Virus record (IMG/VR): IMGVR_UViG_3300042477_000093
Location: 1 to 46,412 of that record
DNA: 46,412 bases
Reading direction: 5' to 3' (one strand)
DNA from: a virus
Lineage: Duplodnaviria; Caudoviricetes
Of the stretch, positions 6,378 through 16,900 are shown piece after piece. The notes under the pieces are model-generated. The model was not told the DNA's origin. It ran no database searches and saw nothing but the letters and a program-made list of their open reading frames with translations. Positions within the stretch are counted from its first letter, which is position 1, and each line of letters opens with the position of its first letter. The position numbers were made by a program, and so were the translations under genes.

Positions 6378-7243
6378 ACATCACTAACAAATACAACCTG
6401 CCAGACGTCCTGCTGCGCTTTGCACGCAACAAGAACTACTCCAAGGGCGATGCCAAGCTATCTGTCACAGAGCTTATCGACAGCCCGCGGGTCGTGGCAC
6501 TCAAGCACAAGCACTTCGATGAGATGGAGCAAGACGTATCCGATACCGTCTTCAGCCTATTCGGTACAGCCGTCCATCACATCCTCGATAAGTTCTCAGA
6601 AGAAGACGTGATCACTGAGCAGCGGTACTTCAAAGAGATCAACGGCTGGAAGATCTCCGGTGCGATCGACCGCCAGGTTGTCACGCCCCATGGACGGATC
6701 ATTGAGGACTGGAAAGTTACGAGCAGTTTTGCAGTCATGCAAGGTAAGATCGAATGGGAGTACCAACTGAACTGCTACGCCTATCTTGCCCGTGCTCATG
6801 GCCATAACGTCGTTGGCTTGAAGATCAATGCGATCGTAAGAGACTGGGCTCGCAGGAACGTAGGCCGCCAGGCGGACTATCCAGAAGCACCGATCGTACA
6901 GATCGATGTACCCCTGTGGACCTTTGAAGAGCAAGAAGCTTTTATCAAAAGCCGTATCGCACTTCATGCCGCAACAGTCATGGATGATCCGCCACTGTGC
7001 ACACCAGACGAACGATGGGCCAAGCCTGAGACATGGGCCATCATGAAGCCAGGCGCCAAGCGAGCACTGAAGGTATTCCTGTTAGAGCAAGAAGCAAAGG
7101 ATGCAGTAAAGCCCGGCCAGGAAATCGTTCACCGCCCCGGAGCTAATACAAGATGTACAAGTTTTTGTGATGTAAGGCAGTACTGTGATTTCGGTAGACA
7201 ACTAGGAGAAGCAATTGAAGCAGATAGCGGAAGCATTAGTTAA
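6374..7243 (+). CDS. PD-(D/E)XK (Cas4/RecB-like) recombination exonuclease
   Basis: LSVTELIDSP, FGTAVH, ISGAID, IEDWK, QLNCY, C-terminal RCxxFCxVxxYC; adjacent to ERF. Confidence 0.85.
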   Translation: MNITNKYNLPDVLLRFARNKNYSKGDAKLSVTELIDSPRVVALKHKHFDEMEQDVSDTVFSLFGTAVHHILDKFSEEDVITEQRYFKEINGWKISGAIDRQVVTPHGRIIEDWKVTSSFAVMQGKIEWEYQLNCYAYLARAHGHNVVGLKINAIVRDWARRNVGRQADYPEAPIVQIDVPLWTFEEQEAFIKSRIALHAATVMDDPPLCTPDERWAKPETWAIMKPGAKRALKVFLLEQEAKDAVKPGQEIVHRPGANTRCTSFCDVRQYCDFGRQLGEAIEADSGSIS

Positions 7244-7871
7244 AGCACAAAAGGGATTTAGCCCTGCACTAAAACAAAGTAACAACCCGCACTTCCGGTC
7301 TAAGTACGCAGACCTTGCCACGTGCGTTGAAGCAGTGATTGATGCGCTGAATGACAACGGCATCGCATTGATGCAAATGACGCATGAGTGTCAAGATGGC
7401 GTGACAGTTGAAACAGTCTTTGTCCATACATCAGGCGAACTGTTATCCGCGGGCAAGCTTCATGTACCAGCAGCAAAGCATGATGCTCAGGGCTATGGAT
7501 CGGCATTGACGTACGCACGTAGGTACTCACTCATGGCGGCTTGCGGTATCGCTCCAGAAGATGATGACGGTAATGCGGCTGTGAAAACTCCGCCACGTGG
7601 CGGAGTTATTTCTGCACCTCAGCAAGCCAAGCCGGAACCCAAACCTGAGCCTAAATCTCAAGAACCTGTTAAAGGTATGGCGGAAGTTGTTGATTTTGCT
7701 ATGAATATGTTCATACAGTTCTTGCCCAAGGCAAATACTGAGGCGGAACTAAACACGTTCTGGAAGGACAACAAAGAGGCAGTAGCAAAGATCAAGGCCC
7801 ACGATGAGTCGCTGTATGTGGACCTGTTAGCTAAGTTCAAAGCACGTAAGGATGAGATAAATGGAAACTAA
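7215..7871 (+). CDS. erf: ERF-family single-strand annealing protein
   Basis: NPHFRSKYADL, QGYGSALTYARRYSL, GIAPEDDDGN motifs. Confidence 0.92.
   Translation: MKQIAEALVKAQKGFSPALKQSNNPHFRSKYADLATCVEAVIDALNDNGIALMQMTHECQDGVTVETVFVHTSGELLSAGKLHVPAAKHDAQGYGSALTYARRYSLMAACGIAPEDDDGNAAVKTPPRGGVISAPQQAKPEPKPEPKSQEPVKGMAEVVDFAMNMFIQFLPKANTEAELNTFWKDNKEAVAKIKAHDESLYVDLLAKFKARKDEINGN
7583..7612. repeat. dispersed palindrome, copy 1 (inside erf)
   Basis: GAAAACTCCGCCACGTGGCGGAGTTATTTC; perfect 22-bp palindrome at 7586-7607. Confidence 0.9.
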
Positions 7872-8142
7872 ATACTACGATTCAGCGAACCTATTCAGCC
7901 CACGGATTAAGACCGATCGATCGCCAGACTACCGTGGCGATGTTGAGCTATCAGCAGAACTGTGTGCTTACATTGTGAATAAGGTAAAGCATGGAGAGAC
8001 GCCTAAGATTTCACTGTCCATGTGGGCCAAGGAAGGGCGCAGCGGCCAGTACTACAACTGCAAGGTCCGCCAAGGATGGGAGCAGGATAACGCACCAAAG
8101 CCTCCTCCGGCCCAGATCGACGACAGAGAAATTCCATTCTGA
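7861..8142 (+). CDS. putative single-stranded DNA-binding protein
   Basis: SPDYRG...ISLSMW motifs, acidic DDREIPF tail, follows ERF. Confidence 0.7.
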   Translation: METKYYDSANLFSPRIKTDRSPDYRGDVELSAELCAYIVNKVKHGETPKISLSMWAKEGRSGQYYNCKVRQGWEQDNAPKPPPAQIDDREIPF

Positions 8143-8633
8143 TGGAGGCGCCCAAGAAGCGGCGCCGTCGTAGCCCAAAGAAATACGACAGACATCACTA
8201 CTTCGTATCTGAAGACGATAAGAAGGAGATCTATAACCTTTACAACCTGGGTTGGCATCCTCAATCCATCGCAGGGGCGCTGAAGCTATCTGACAAGACA
8301 GTCTACAAATACTGCAAGCAGATGTTCTCGCCTGCTGGCGGTTGGCGCAGAGGCTTTGTTGGATCTTCCGAGGAGCGATCCATTCGCCTGGCGGTAAAGA
8401 AAGGTTCATCTCTTTCTTCTGTATGCACAGCGTTCAAGCGGCCCATGTGGATTATCTGGCCGATCATTGCACCGGCATCAGGGCTTGGATCGATAGGACC
8501 CAAAGATGATCCGACCAAGGTCATGCCAATCACAACGCATGAGTACATTGAAAGGATTGGGCCTGACCGTTCCATATCGCTAGGCAAACGTATCAAATCA
8601 TTTTTTGGAAGGATGTTTGGTGGATCCCGTTAA
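8142..8633 (+). CDS. HTH DNA-binding protein
   Basis: GWHPQSIAGALKLSDKTVYKY HTH. Confidence 0.65.
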   Translation: MEAPKKRRRRSPKKYDRHHYFVSEDDKKEIYNLYNLGWHPQSIAGALKLSDKTVYKYCKQMFSPAGGWRRGFVGSSEERSIRLAVKKGSSLSSVCTAFKRPMWIIWPIIAPASGLGSIGPKDDPTKVMPITTHEYIERIGPDRSISLGKRIKSFFGRMFGGSR

Positions 8634-9042
8634 CTTTGAATGCGTCAAGGTATCCCTGCGTCAGAACAAAGAAGGCTTCATGCTTACGCTAGCCATCCAT
8701 CCTGATGACCTGCATCAAGACCTTGTGCGTGACTTTGTAGGATCACGTTACGCCGTGGCCATGGTACGGATCGGAGATGATGAGCAACCATACGTTAGGC
8801 CCAAGGTCAGTAGCTTTGTGCAGACCGCAGGAATACTGGCCAAAGATCCTGACTTCCAGCGTTGGTGCGTAGACACCGGGTGGTGCTTTTCTCACTCAGA
8901 GGATGACGCCGCCAGGGCTATATGCGAGGCTTTGAATATCGAATCTCGATCGGAGCTAGCAAGCAACACAGAAGCCCAAGGTGCATTGATCGATCTGCGT
9001 AAGGAGTTTGAAGAATGGAAGCGAAGTACAAACGAAAGCTAG
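8620..9042 (+). CDS. conserved phage hypothetical protein
   Basis: FECVKVSLRQNKEG...LCEALNIESRSEL-type motifs; likely GTG start. Confidence 0.7.
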   Translation: MDPVNFECVKVSLRQNKEGFMLTLAIHPDDLHQDLVRDFVGSRYAVAMVRIGDDEQPYVRPKVSSFVQTAGILAKDPDFQRWCVDTGWCFSHSEDDAARAICEALNIESRSELASNTEAQGALIDLRKEFEEWKRSTNES

Positions 9043-9347
9043 TGCCTTACCAGGTCTACCTGCGCCCTGATCAAGTAGAGAAGCTGCGCGAGAAACCAGG
9101 CATGGCATCTGAACTCGTGAGGCAGGCGATCGACGCAATAGGTCCAGCCCAACTTGATTACCATGCGGGCTATCGTCAGGGTTTTGAAAAGGCCCTGATG
9201 GTTATTTCTAAATCCACCAAGGGGAATGCCGTCACGGTATTTGGCAAGACCCTTAGTGATCTTATGTGTGAAGAACTACAGGAACATATTGATGGATTAT
9301 TCGGGCCACTTGATCAAAGCAGACCAACTGATGAGTCGCGTGTATGA
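9015..9347 (+). CDS. hypothetical protein, possible ribbon-helix-helix N-terminus
   Basis: YQVYLRPDQVEKL...SELVRQAID. Confidence 0.6.
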   Translation: MEAKYKRKLVPYQVYLRPDQVEKLREKPGMASELVRQAIDAIGPAQLDYHAGYRQGFEKALMVISKSTKGNAVTVFGKTLSDLMCEELQEHIDGLFGPLDQSRPTDESRV

Positions 9348-9486
9348 CCTTTGCCAGAACCATGATTACATGACCGCCATGGGCCTATGCCTTGAAGCCA
9401 TTACAGAAATCAAAATGGCCTACAACGTATTGAACCATCTCAGCGAACACAAGGACCAAATGATAGGTATATGGGAGAACAAATGA
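9292..9486 (+). CDS. hypothetical protein
   Basis: MDYSGHLIKA...; coupled to the next gene. Confidence 0.55.
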   Translation: MDYSGHLIKADQLMSRVYDLCQNHDYMTAMGLCLEAITEIKMAYNVLNHLSEHKDQMIGIWENK

Positions 9487-9737
9487 AAAGCTGCCCACCC
9501 TGCCATGGTGAATGCAATCAAGGAAGAACCTGCCCCGCGGAAATCCATCCGGCATACGACGCATGGGCCAAGTGGTACGAAGAACTGAAGATTGATATTA
9601 AAGCCACCCGGTTTATGTTCTCCCGATCTTCCTATGGCAGAGCATTCCGTGCCGGATATGACGCCGGCATAGAAGACGCCAAGAAGGTTGTGAAGAGTGG
9701 CGAGGAATGGAAGCTTTGGGACAATGATCAAGCATGA
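9483..9737 (+). CDS. hypothetical protein with CPPCxxxCNQGRxCP motif
   Basis: Cys-rich N-terminal motif; GGAG RBS. Confidence 0.6.
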   Translation: MKSCPPCHGECNQGRTCPAEIHPAYDAWAKWYEELKIDIKATRFMFSRSSYGRAFRAGYDAGIEDAKKVVKSGEEWKLWDNDQA

Positions 9738-10027
9738 CTCGCAAAGCAGATAAAGCGCACATGGATCGCGTTGCCAGTATGGGATGCATCCTGTGCAAAC
9801 ACTTAGGACTTGGCCAGACACCAGCCCACATTCATCACATAAGAGAAGGACAGGGAATGAGCCAACGCGCTAGCAACTTCCTTGTCACGCCTCTGTGCCC
9901 TGAGCACCATCAAGGAAACTCGGGCGTCCATGGGCTTGGTGAGCGAGGCTTCTATACACGATACAAACTCAGCGAGCTTGACCTACTCGCCATGACCATC
10001 GAGGGACTGTATGACAATCTTCGTTAG
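9734..10027 (+). CDS. Ref-like (recombination enhancement) HNH/zinc-finger nuclease
   Basis: GCILC...HIHHIR.GQGM..RAS...PLCPEHH motifs. Confidence 0.8.
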   Translation: MTRKADKAHMDRVASMGCILCKHLGLGQTPAHIHHIREGQGMSQRASNFLVTPLCPEHHQGNSGVHGLGERGFYTRYKLSELDLLAMTIEGLYDNLR

Positions 10028-10985
10028 CATCGCATCCTATAGAGATCCTTTACTCTGGTTCACAGTAAACGATTGCTACAAGAAAGCTAAGAACCCCAAG
10101 GACCTTGTATTCGGCATCGTTGACCAAGGCTCCATACCTCAGCATAGAGCCGTAGAAAAGACTGGCTTCGCAGACCAGATCCGTTATGTATTCATAGGAT
10201 CAGTGGACGCCCGCGGTGCTTGCTGGGCCCGCCACCTGGCGCAATCTCTGTATCACCATGAGGACTACTTCCTGCAAGTAGACTCTCACAGTTGGTTTGA
10301 TCAGAACTGGGATGAGACTTGCATAGCCCTTATGCAAAGTAACTTCACGCCCAACCCAAAGAAACTCTACTCTTGCTACGCCCGTGGCTTTGAGTTCATC
10401 GATGGCAAGCCTACCGATACTTCGTTTACCAAAGACCTTATCTACTCCAAGATCAAAGAAGGTGAGAAGTTTAAGGACGCCGACCCGCTCCTAACCTTTA
10501 CCTCCGATGTGATGAAGTCTGACTTCCCTGTGCCAGCGTGCCACGTAGGCGCCGGGTTCATCTTTACCCTTGGCCAGTTCGTTCATGAAGTCCCATACGA
10601 TCCCGTGCTGTACTTCAATGGCGAGGAACAGAATATCGCTGTTCGTGCTTACACCCATGGCTATGATGTCCTACACCCACCCCTTGCCCCCGTGTATCAC
10701 TTCTATGGAAGGAATAAAGAGCTGAGGCACTGGGCATCTGAAGATGATGAGATGCGTACCGTGAGGTGGTGGGACATGGCCAAGCGCTCCAACGAACGCA
10801 TGGCCGATCTGCTGTATCACAAGAAAGATCTAGGGATCTATGGCCTTGGTAAGGTTAGAACCCTGAGAGACTACGCAACCTTCTGCGGGATAGACTATGA
10901 GAACCGGGTGATAGCACCTTCCCCGGCTAGTCCTCCTCCCCAAGGTACCGCGCCTCCTCCAACAAGTACTCCCGCTTCGGGTTAA
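10011..10985 (+). CDS. GT60-like (Skp1-hydroxyproline/polypeptide) N-acetylglucosaminyltransferase
   Basis: TIFVSIASYRDP, GACWAR, LQVDSH..FDQNWD, EVPYDP..YFNGEE, RAYTHGYD, LGKVRTL motifs. Confidence 0.8.
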   Translation: MTIFVSIASYRDPLLWFTVNDCYKKAKNPKDLVFGIVDQGSIPQHRAVEKTGFADQIRYVFIGSVDARGACWARHLAQSLYHHEDYFLQVDSHSWFDQNWDETCIALMQSNFTPNPKKLYSCYARGFEFIDGKPTDTSFTKDLIYSKIKEGEKFKDADPLLTFTSDVMKSDFPVPACHVGAGFIFTLGQFVHEVPYDPVLYFNGEEQNIAVRAYTHGYDVLHPPLAPVYHFYGRNKELRHWASEDDEMRTVRWWDMAKRSNERMADLLYHKKDLGIYGLGKVRTLRDYATFCGIDYENRVIAPSPASPPPQGTAPPPTSTPASG

Positions 10986-13900
10986 CGATAATCCCACGCA
11001 GCGCCCGGTCAGAATCTTTGACACGCTGTGCAAGCGATCGCTTGATGCTTTCCTTGCTGATCGGGTTCTCTGGGTTCTTCTCGTTAAACACTTCTATCTT
11101 GTCGTATATCTCACCGAACGCCGTGTAATCCCCGTTAATCTGAGCCAAGGTAACTTGCTGCAACAAACGCTTGCGGCGCTGATCCAGATCCTTGTCCATA
11201 CCCTTGATCTCTGCCATGGCCTCGTAGCCACGTGCAATGTCCACAGGCGTAAAGCCAAGGGCTTGCAAGAACAATCCCCATGTACTGACTTCACCAACAA
11301 TCGGATCGCCACGCAGGGTAGTCGCACCCTCGGTAGCCATACGACCAACCTTCATGAAGTCTTTGAGCACAGGCGGAAGCATGGCCTCAATGCCACGATA
11401 AGTATTACCGTCGTTGATCTTCTTGATACCGTCAGAGATGTTGACACCAATACCAACAAACGGGCCAGCCAGGTCAGTCACAAACTGGCGGAAGGCTTCT
11501 ACCTCATCAGCAGACTTATTGGAATCACGGAACCACATACCGTTCATGCCAACCCGGTTAGCCACGTCACCACCAAGAATCTCTGACACAGCACCCTTGC
11601 TCAGGATGCGTGCAGCATTTGATCCAAACAAATCTGCGATCGTATTCTTTGCGCTGTTGTTAAAGTCATAAGGCTCATCTTCATCATCGAACATGGCGTT
11701 CATCACGCCTTCGATAACCCAGTACATGGGCAAGCCTTCGTAACCAGCAAACAACCCGGTCATGAATAAGATGCCGCCGAGACGCTTTTGTGCCTCACGC
11801 CTAACCTCTGGATCTGCATCACGTACAGCTTCATTCACTGTACGTACAAGCAGGTAGGTCATCTGCTGTGCATAGTTCTTGAACTGGAAGATGATCCTTG
11901 CGGTTGGTCCTTGCATGAACCGTGGCTTGGTCGCATTCGTATATTCAAAATGCGTTTCATTCACAATGTCCTTGGCCATCTGCAAGGCAACGTCAGGTGT
12001 AAGCCCACGCTCCTTGGCTAGCCGATAAGCCGCAAGCGCAGTGATCTGCCGGTTAAATACCTCAGCCTGATTGAATGCATAACCAAGCCCGTAGGTAACT
12101 TTCTGCACCGTAGTGAATGACTTATTACGCATGACAGAACCAAGGCCGCCCTGCAACACATCAGAAGGACGCTCAGCCAATCCTGCTAGTGACAGGGTCT
12201 GGGTACGATTTAGCGTGCCATCTTCATAAAGCTTTTGCATGGCGCCAAGCTCTTCCTCGCGGCGCTTTCTTTCTCTGTCTGAGATTCCTTTCTCATCCAC
12301 GCGTTCCTGCAAGGTGCGGATCACATCATAGAATCCACGACCCTTACCGATGCCGCTGGCAAAGAAATCCTTGCTGGCCTGCGATAGCGCAGAGAAGGTC
12401 TTGCCGTATCCGAACTTACCGCCAAGGTACGGGAACGCAACCATGGGCGTCTGTGCAATGTTGACCAAAGCAGACGCTGGTGCAGTAAGGAAGTAAAGGA
12501 ATGAGAAGCTTGTTGCCCAACTGTTGAAGCTATTCACATCCTCCGGTGCATTGACCCACTGCTTACGACGAAGCAATTCATCAAAGTAACGATCAGCCTC
12601 TACGCTTGGATTCTCTTCCTTGTACTTTCTCGCCTCAAGAACCAAAGCCTCAAGTGAACCGTTATAACGCACACGGGCAAGATGATAGGCGCCATGGAAG
12701 GATGTTTCTGCAAACGCACGTAGCGCATCAGGACTGTAACCAGCTACCTTCTTACGATGGATGAAATGCTTTCTGGCGGACAGGTCTGGCTGCATGGTAA
12801 GGAACATTTGCCAGATGTTGTCTTTGAGAGCTTCCTTGTCACCATCCATGCCATCTACTAGATCCATCATCTCCCGAACAAACCCGGTCATGGGTATACC
12901 CTGGGAGATCATCTCTCTCGTCTTGACGCCACTCTTGTGCTTGATACCTTGCTTGTTTAGCTGGTCAATAAACTGCCGCTGGTCATTGCGGCTTTCAAAC
13001 ATATAGTACTCGGGGACCTTCTTGCCTTCGTCATTAAAAGTATCAAAGGAAACCCAGTAGTCACCAAAACGCGCCAAGGGGAAGTAAGGCCCTGTCTCGC
13101 GGATGCGATTGAACTCTTGCTCAAGCTTTAAGAGTGCAGCCGTCTTAGGGCGACCCTCTTCCATGCTTTCATTGATACGCTGCTCAAGAGCCTTCTGATA
13201 TAGGTCTAGCGATTCCGCATAGTAATCACGAACCTCACGGTATATCTTCAGCGCCTCGGGGTTAGCAGAAACCTTCTCCCAGTTTTTCAATAACTCTGGG
13301 TTTTTGATTTCATCTAACCGTGTATCAGGATCGATGCCGGCAATTGTGGCGTCATGCATGACATCAGCAAGCGCCCTGGCCAACTCTGGATTCTTGTCAT
13401 TAAACGCAACCCATGGCGTAGCAATATCAGCCGCCTTGGTAATACGCGTATCTCGATAGGCAAGCATGTCATTGACCGCACGGTAAAACTTCTTGATCTG
13501 CGGTAATGCATCTGATGCTATCTCACCAAGCTGGCGCAGGTTCAATGTGCTCAGTAGGATGTCTGCTTTGTCAGTAGCAAGATCCTTGATGTAATCCCTT
13601 GTGTTGTTCTTGATCTGATTGAAGTCCGGTCCAGACTTCACCAGATTGTTCATGGAAGCTTCTGGATCTACATCAAGATTGGCTGCATTGAGGATGATCT
13701 CTTCAGACTCAACACGGTTCTCAAGAATGATCTCAGACTCAGGGCTCCATGTACCTTTGTTGAAGACTGATTTGATTTGGTTAGGTTCAAAAGCGTTCCA
13801 AGTCATGTAGCCGCTTTCGTAGGCTCCAAGACCATCGTACCCGCTACGCCTCGCCAGATTTATAAATGAATCAGAAGCTAGAAACTCATACGCAATCTTT

Positions 13901-16900
13901 TCATCGGAATCTTTGAGACCTATGTCCGTAGCTTCAAAAGTTGTGCCGTTCTCATCATTAATTCTATTTAGCGCCTCCTCTACCGTAGAGCTTTTTGATA
14001 GATCTATATCTTGCGGAACCATTAGAGGCATTTTTATGCTGAGGTATACAGGCATTATTTGAGAGGAATCTTTGCCGGCATACATCTGAGCAATATAAGG
14101 ATCTTCACTAAACCACGAACCTGCTGATTTGGTTGAAAACGCTTGGAAATCTTTGCCCTCAGTGCCGTGGTAAACCACAAGCGGCTTACCATCAGGGCCA
14201 ACAACTTTGCTATCACCAAACCATTTGTTAAATGCGTCGCTATGATCCAAGCCTGCTTCTATGTTGGCCTTGTCATAAGGCTGCTTGTATAGCGTTTGGT
14301 CCTTACGAACCCGAGAACCAATCTCACCTGACATGATCCGTTCAAAGACTTCCGCCTCTGTCTCGGTAATGCCAAGCCCCATGGCGTAGTCAGCAAGCTT
14401 CTTGAAGAACTCCTTGGTCTTCTGAAAGATCCTAGCCACAGCGCCCGCTGGCTGAAACTCACCACGGGTGTAATACTCAAACGCCCTGGCCACACCCTCT
14501 TCAAGCTTCGTATCCTTAGACTCTTTGCGATAGATCTGTTCGACCGTCATGCCATGGTCGTCTGGCCACTTGCGCTTAACCCAGTCTTTCGCTGAAGCCT
14601 CTGAAAGAATCCGCCACTCATCCGCGGTAAATAGATTCATCGACCGCAGCGCATGGATTACCTCGTGATGCAAGGTTCTCTTGATGCGCTCTGGGTTCTG
14701 TGCTGTTGATGACTTAGTACGTTTGGCAAGATCAATGGCTACACGTAATAGCCTGCCAGTTACCTTAAGGGTTTCGTTGCCAGTGGCGCCGATATCTCTT
14801 GTAACGTAGGTAGCCATCTCGCCCAAGGTATAACCTGTCTTGGTTCTCTTCGGGCGGGTGAACTCAAGGTTAAGATCCTTCAGGCCTAGTCTATCCAGCT
14901 CATCCCTGAACTGGGTAAACATATCCCGCTCTGCTTGTATCGCATTCTTTGGCAATACAGGAGCAGCGGTTACCGGGGGTGCAGTTACTTGCGGTACGGC
15001 AGGCGGAGCAGTTACGGCTTGGGTGACTGCGGGAATAGGACGCTGTCCGGCAGTTTCGCCAGGTCTAGCAACTCCCGCTTCGCTCTTGGGGACAGCTTCT
15101 GCCAAGCTTTCTTGAAGCGCAGCTTGTTCAGCATCGAGCCTTTCGCGCTGGGCGGCTTCGGCGGCTTCGGTAACGGCAAGCTCTCTTTCAAGTTCACTCT
15201 CATACTCCCTTATAAGCGGAATGATCTGCGACAGTTCATAGTCAATAATCTCAAGCTCTTGCTTGGTCGCATCAGTCAAAAGATCCTTGTCAGCCAGCCG
15301 CTCTTTAATCGAATTAACGGCAACCGTCTCTAGCGTTGGATCACGATCAAAGTTTGTGCTCTGCAATTCTGGCGGCAGCCATGCATCGAGATCACCATCC
15401 TTGACCATGAGATCCAATCCCTTGAAATTAGGATTGGTAGGATTGCCCGCCAGCGTGCGGAACTCGATGTCTGGCGATGCATCTTTGATGTCTTCGTAAG
15501 ATATCCTTCCCTTAAGCGCAGACCAAAGACTTCCCTTACCTTTTTCAAGCGCCTCCCTGCGGCCAAGCAATTCCTTCTCATACTCAAATACAGGAGCAAT
15601 CTCTTCAGGTAACGGTGCAGGACCAGTCTCTGGTGGTGGCTCTACAAACTCCGGTGGCCCAGGCTCTGGTGTTACAGGCGGCGCCGGCAATGCAGGCATC
15701 GATGTAACCGGCGGCACCGTGACTTCTGGAGTGGTTACTGCTGGAGTTACAGAAGGTGCTTGAGAAATTACTTGAGGTACTGATGGCGGTGCAGTAACAG
15801 CCTGTACAGGTGGAACTGTAGTAGGTGGAGCAGGTTGTGTTACCGGTGGCGCTGCCTGCTGTACTGGCGGCGCTGCTTGAATTGATGTAACAGGCGGTGC
15901 TACTGGTGGTGCTGCGGGCTGCGTAACCGCTGGCAAGGAAGCTTGCGGCGCAGCAGTAACAGGCTGAACCGGCGGAACAGCTTGCGGCATCTCCATGGCA
16001 GGAGTAACCGGCGGCACCGTTACTTGTGGCTGCGCTTGTGGCACTGCCTGCGCTACAGGTTGCTGCACTGCACCAACTTGCTGCGGTGCAACAGGCTCAA
16101 CAGCAGGGGGTGTAGGTGAAATAACTCCGCCACGTGGCGGAGTTTCCGGTGGTGTCTGGACCGGCCGTGTTCGATCGCCTACCGCTCCAAGCAATCCAGG
16201 GCCTGCACCAGCCGCTGCACCAGCCGCAAACGAGTTAAGGTATTTGTTTAAGTTTTCAGGAGAGAAGACCTGATAGTTTTCATCAATAATCTTAACGGCT
16301 GTGCTATTGATAATGTCTTGTGTAGCCTCGGTCAATCCTTCCTGTGCAGCAATACCAGAAGCTTTGGCACCGATACGCAGTGCTTCTTTGGTAAAGCCAC
16401 CACGCTCAAGGGCTTTCTCTACTAGCTTGGTGCGGCCATACAGACCAAGATCGCCAAGGATCTTGCCGGGTATATAACTCTCGATGAATGAGTTAGCCAA
16501 GCCCGTGGCCAACGCAAGACCAGGCTCTAGCTGTTTTGTTTCTTCAAAGATATTGCGGAATGATTCTGGCGCTGTCTGTAGATACGATGAACTCATCATC
16601 GCCAATCCGGCGCGGCCAGCAAGTGCATCCTGTGCAGCCTTCTCGCCTATGCGCTCAGCAACCTCTCTGGTGACACCGCTGCGTAGGGCTGTCTCTGCCG
16701 CTTCTTGTGCAATCTTCCTTGAAGCACCCCGCCCGGTGGCGGCCGCAATACCGCCAGGCAGCAGGGCAGAAGCAATACTAGGCAAACCTTGGCCAGCCTG
16801 CTCAACCGCAAAACCAAGGTATTGGCCAGGGCCTTCTAGCTTGGTTACATCTCTATATTGAGTGGGAAGCTCCTGCTCAATAGCCGCATAACGCTGGGCG

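Noticed and set aside
6374-7243. Cas4 as a CRISPR/TIGR spacer-acquisition gene
   Set aside because: It sits in a standard exonuclease-ERF-SSB recombination module, and nothing in the sequence links it to the array.
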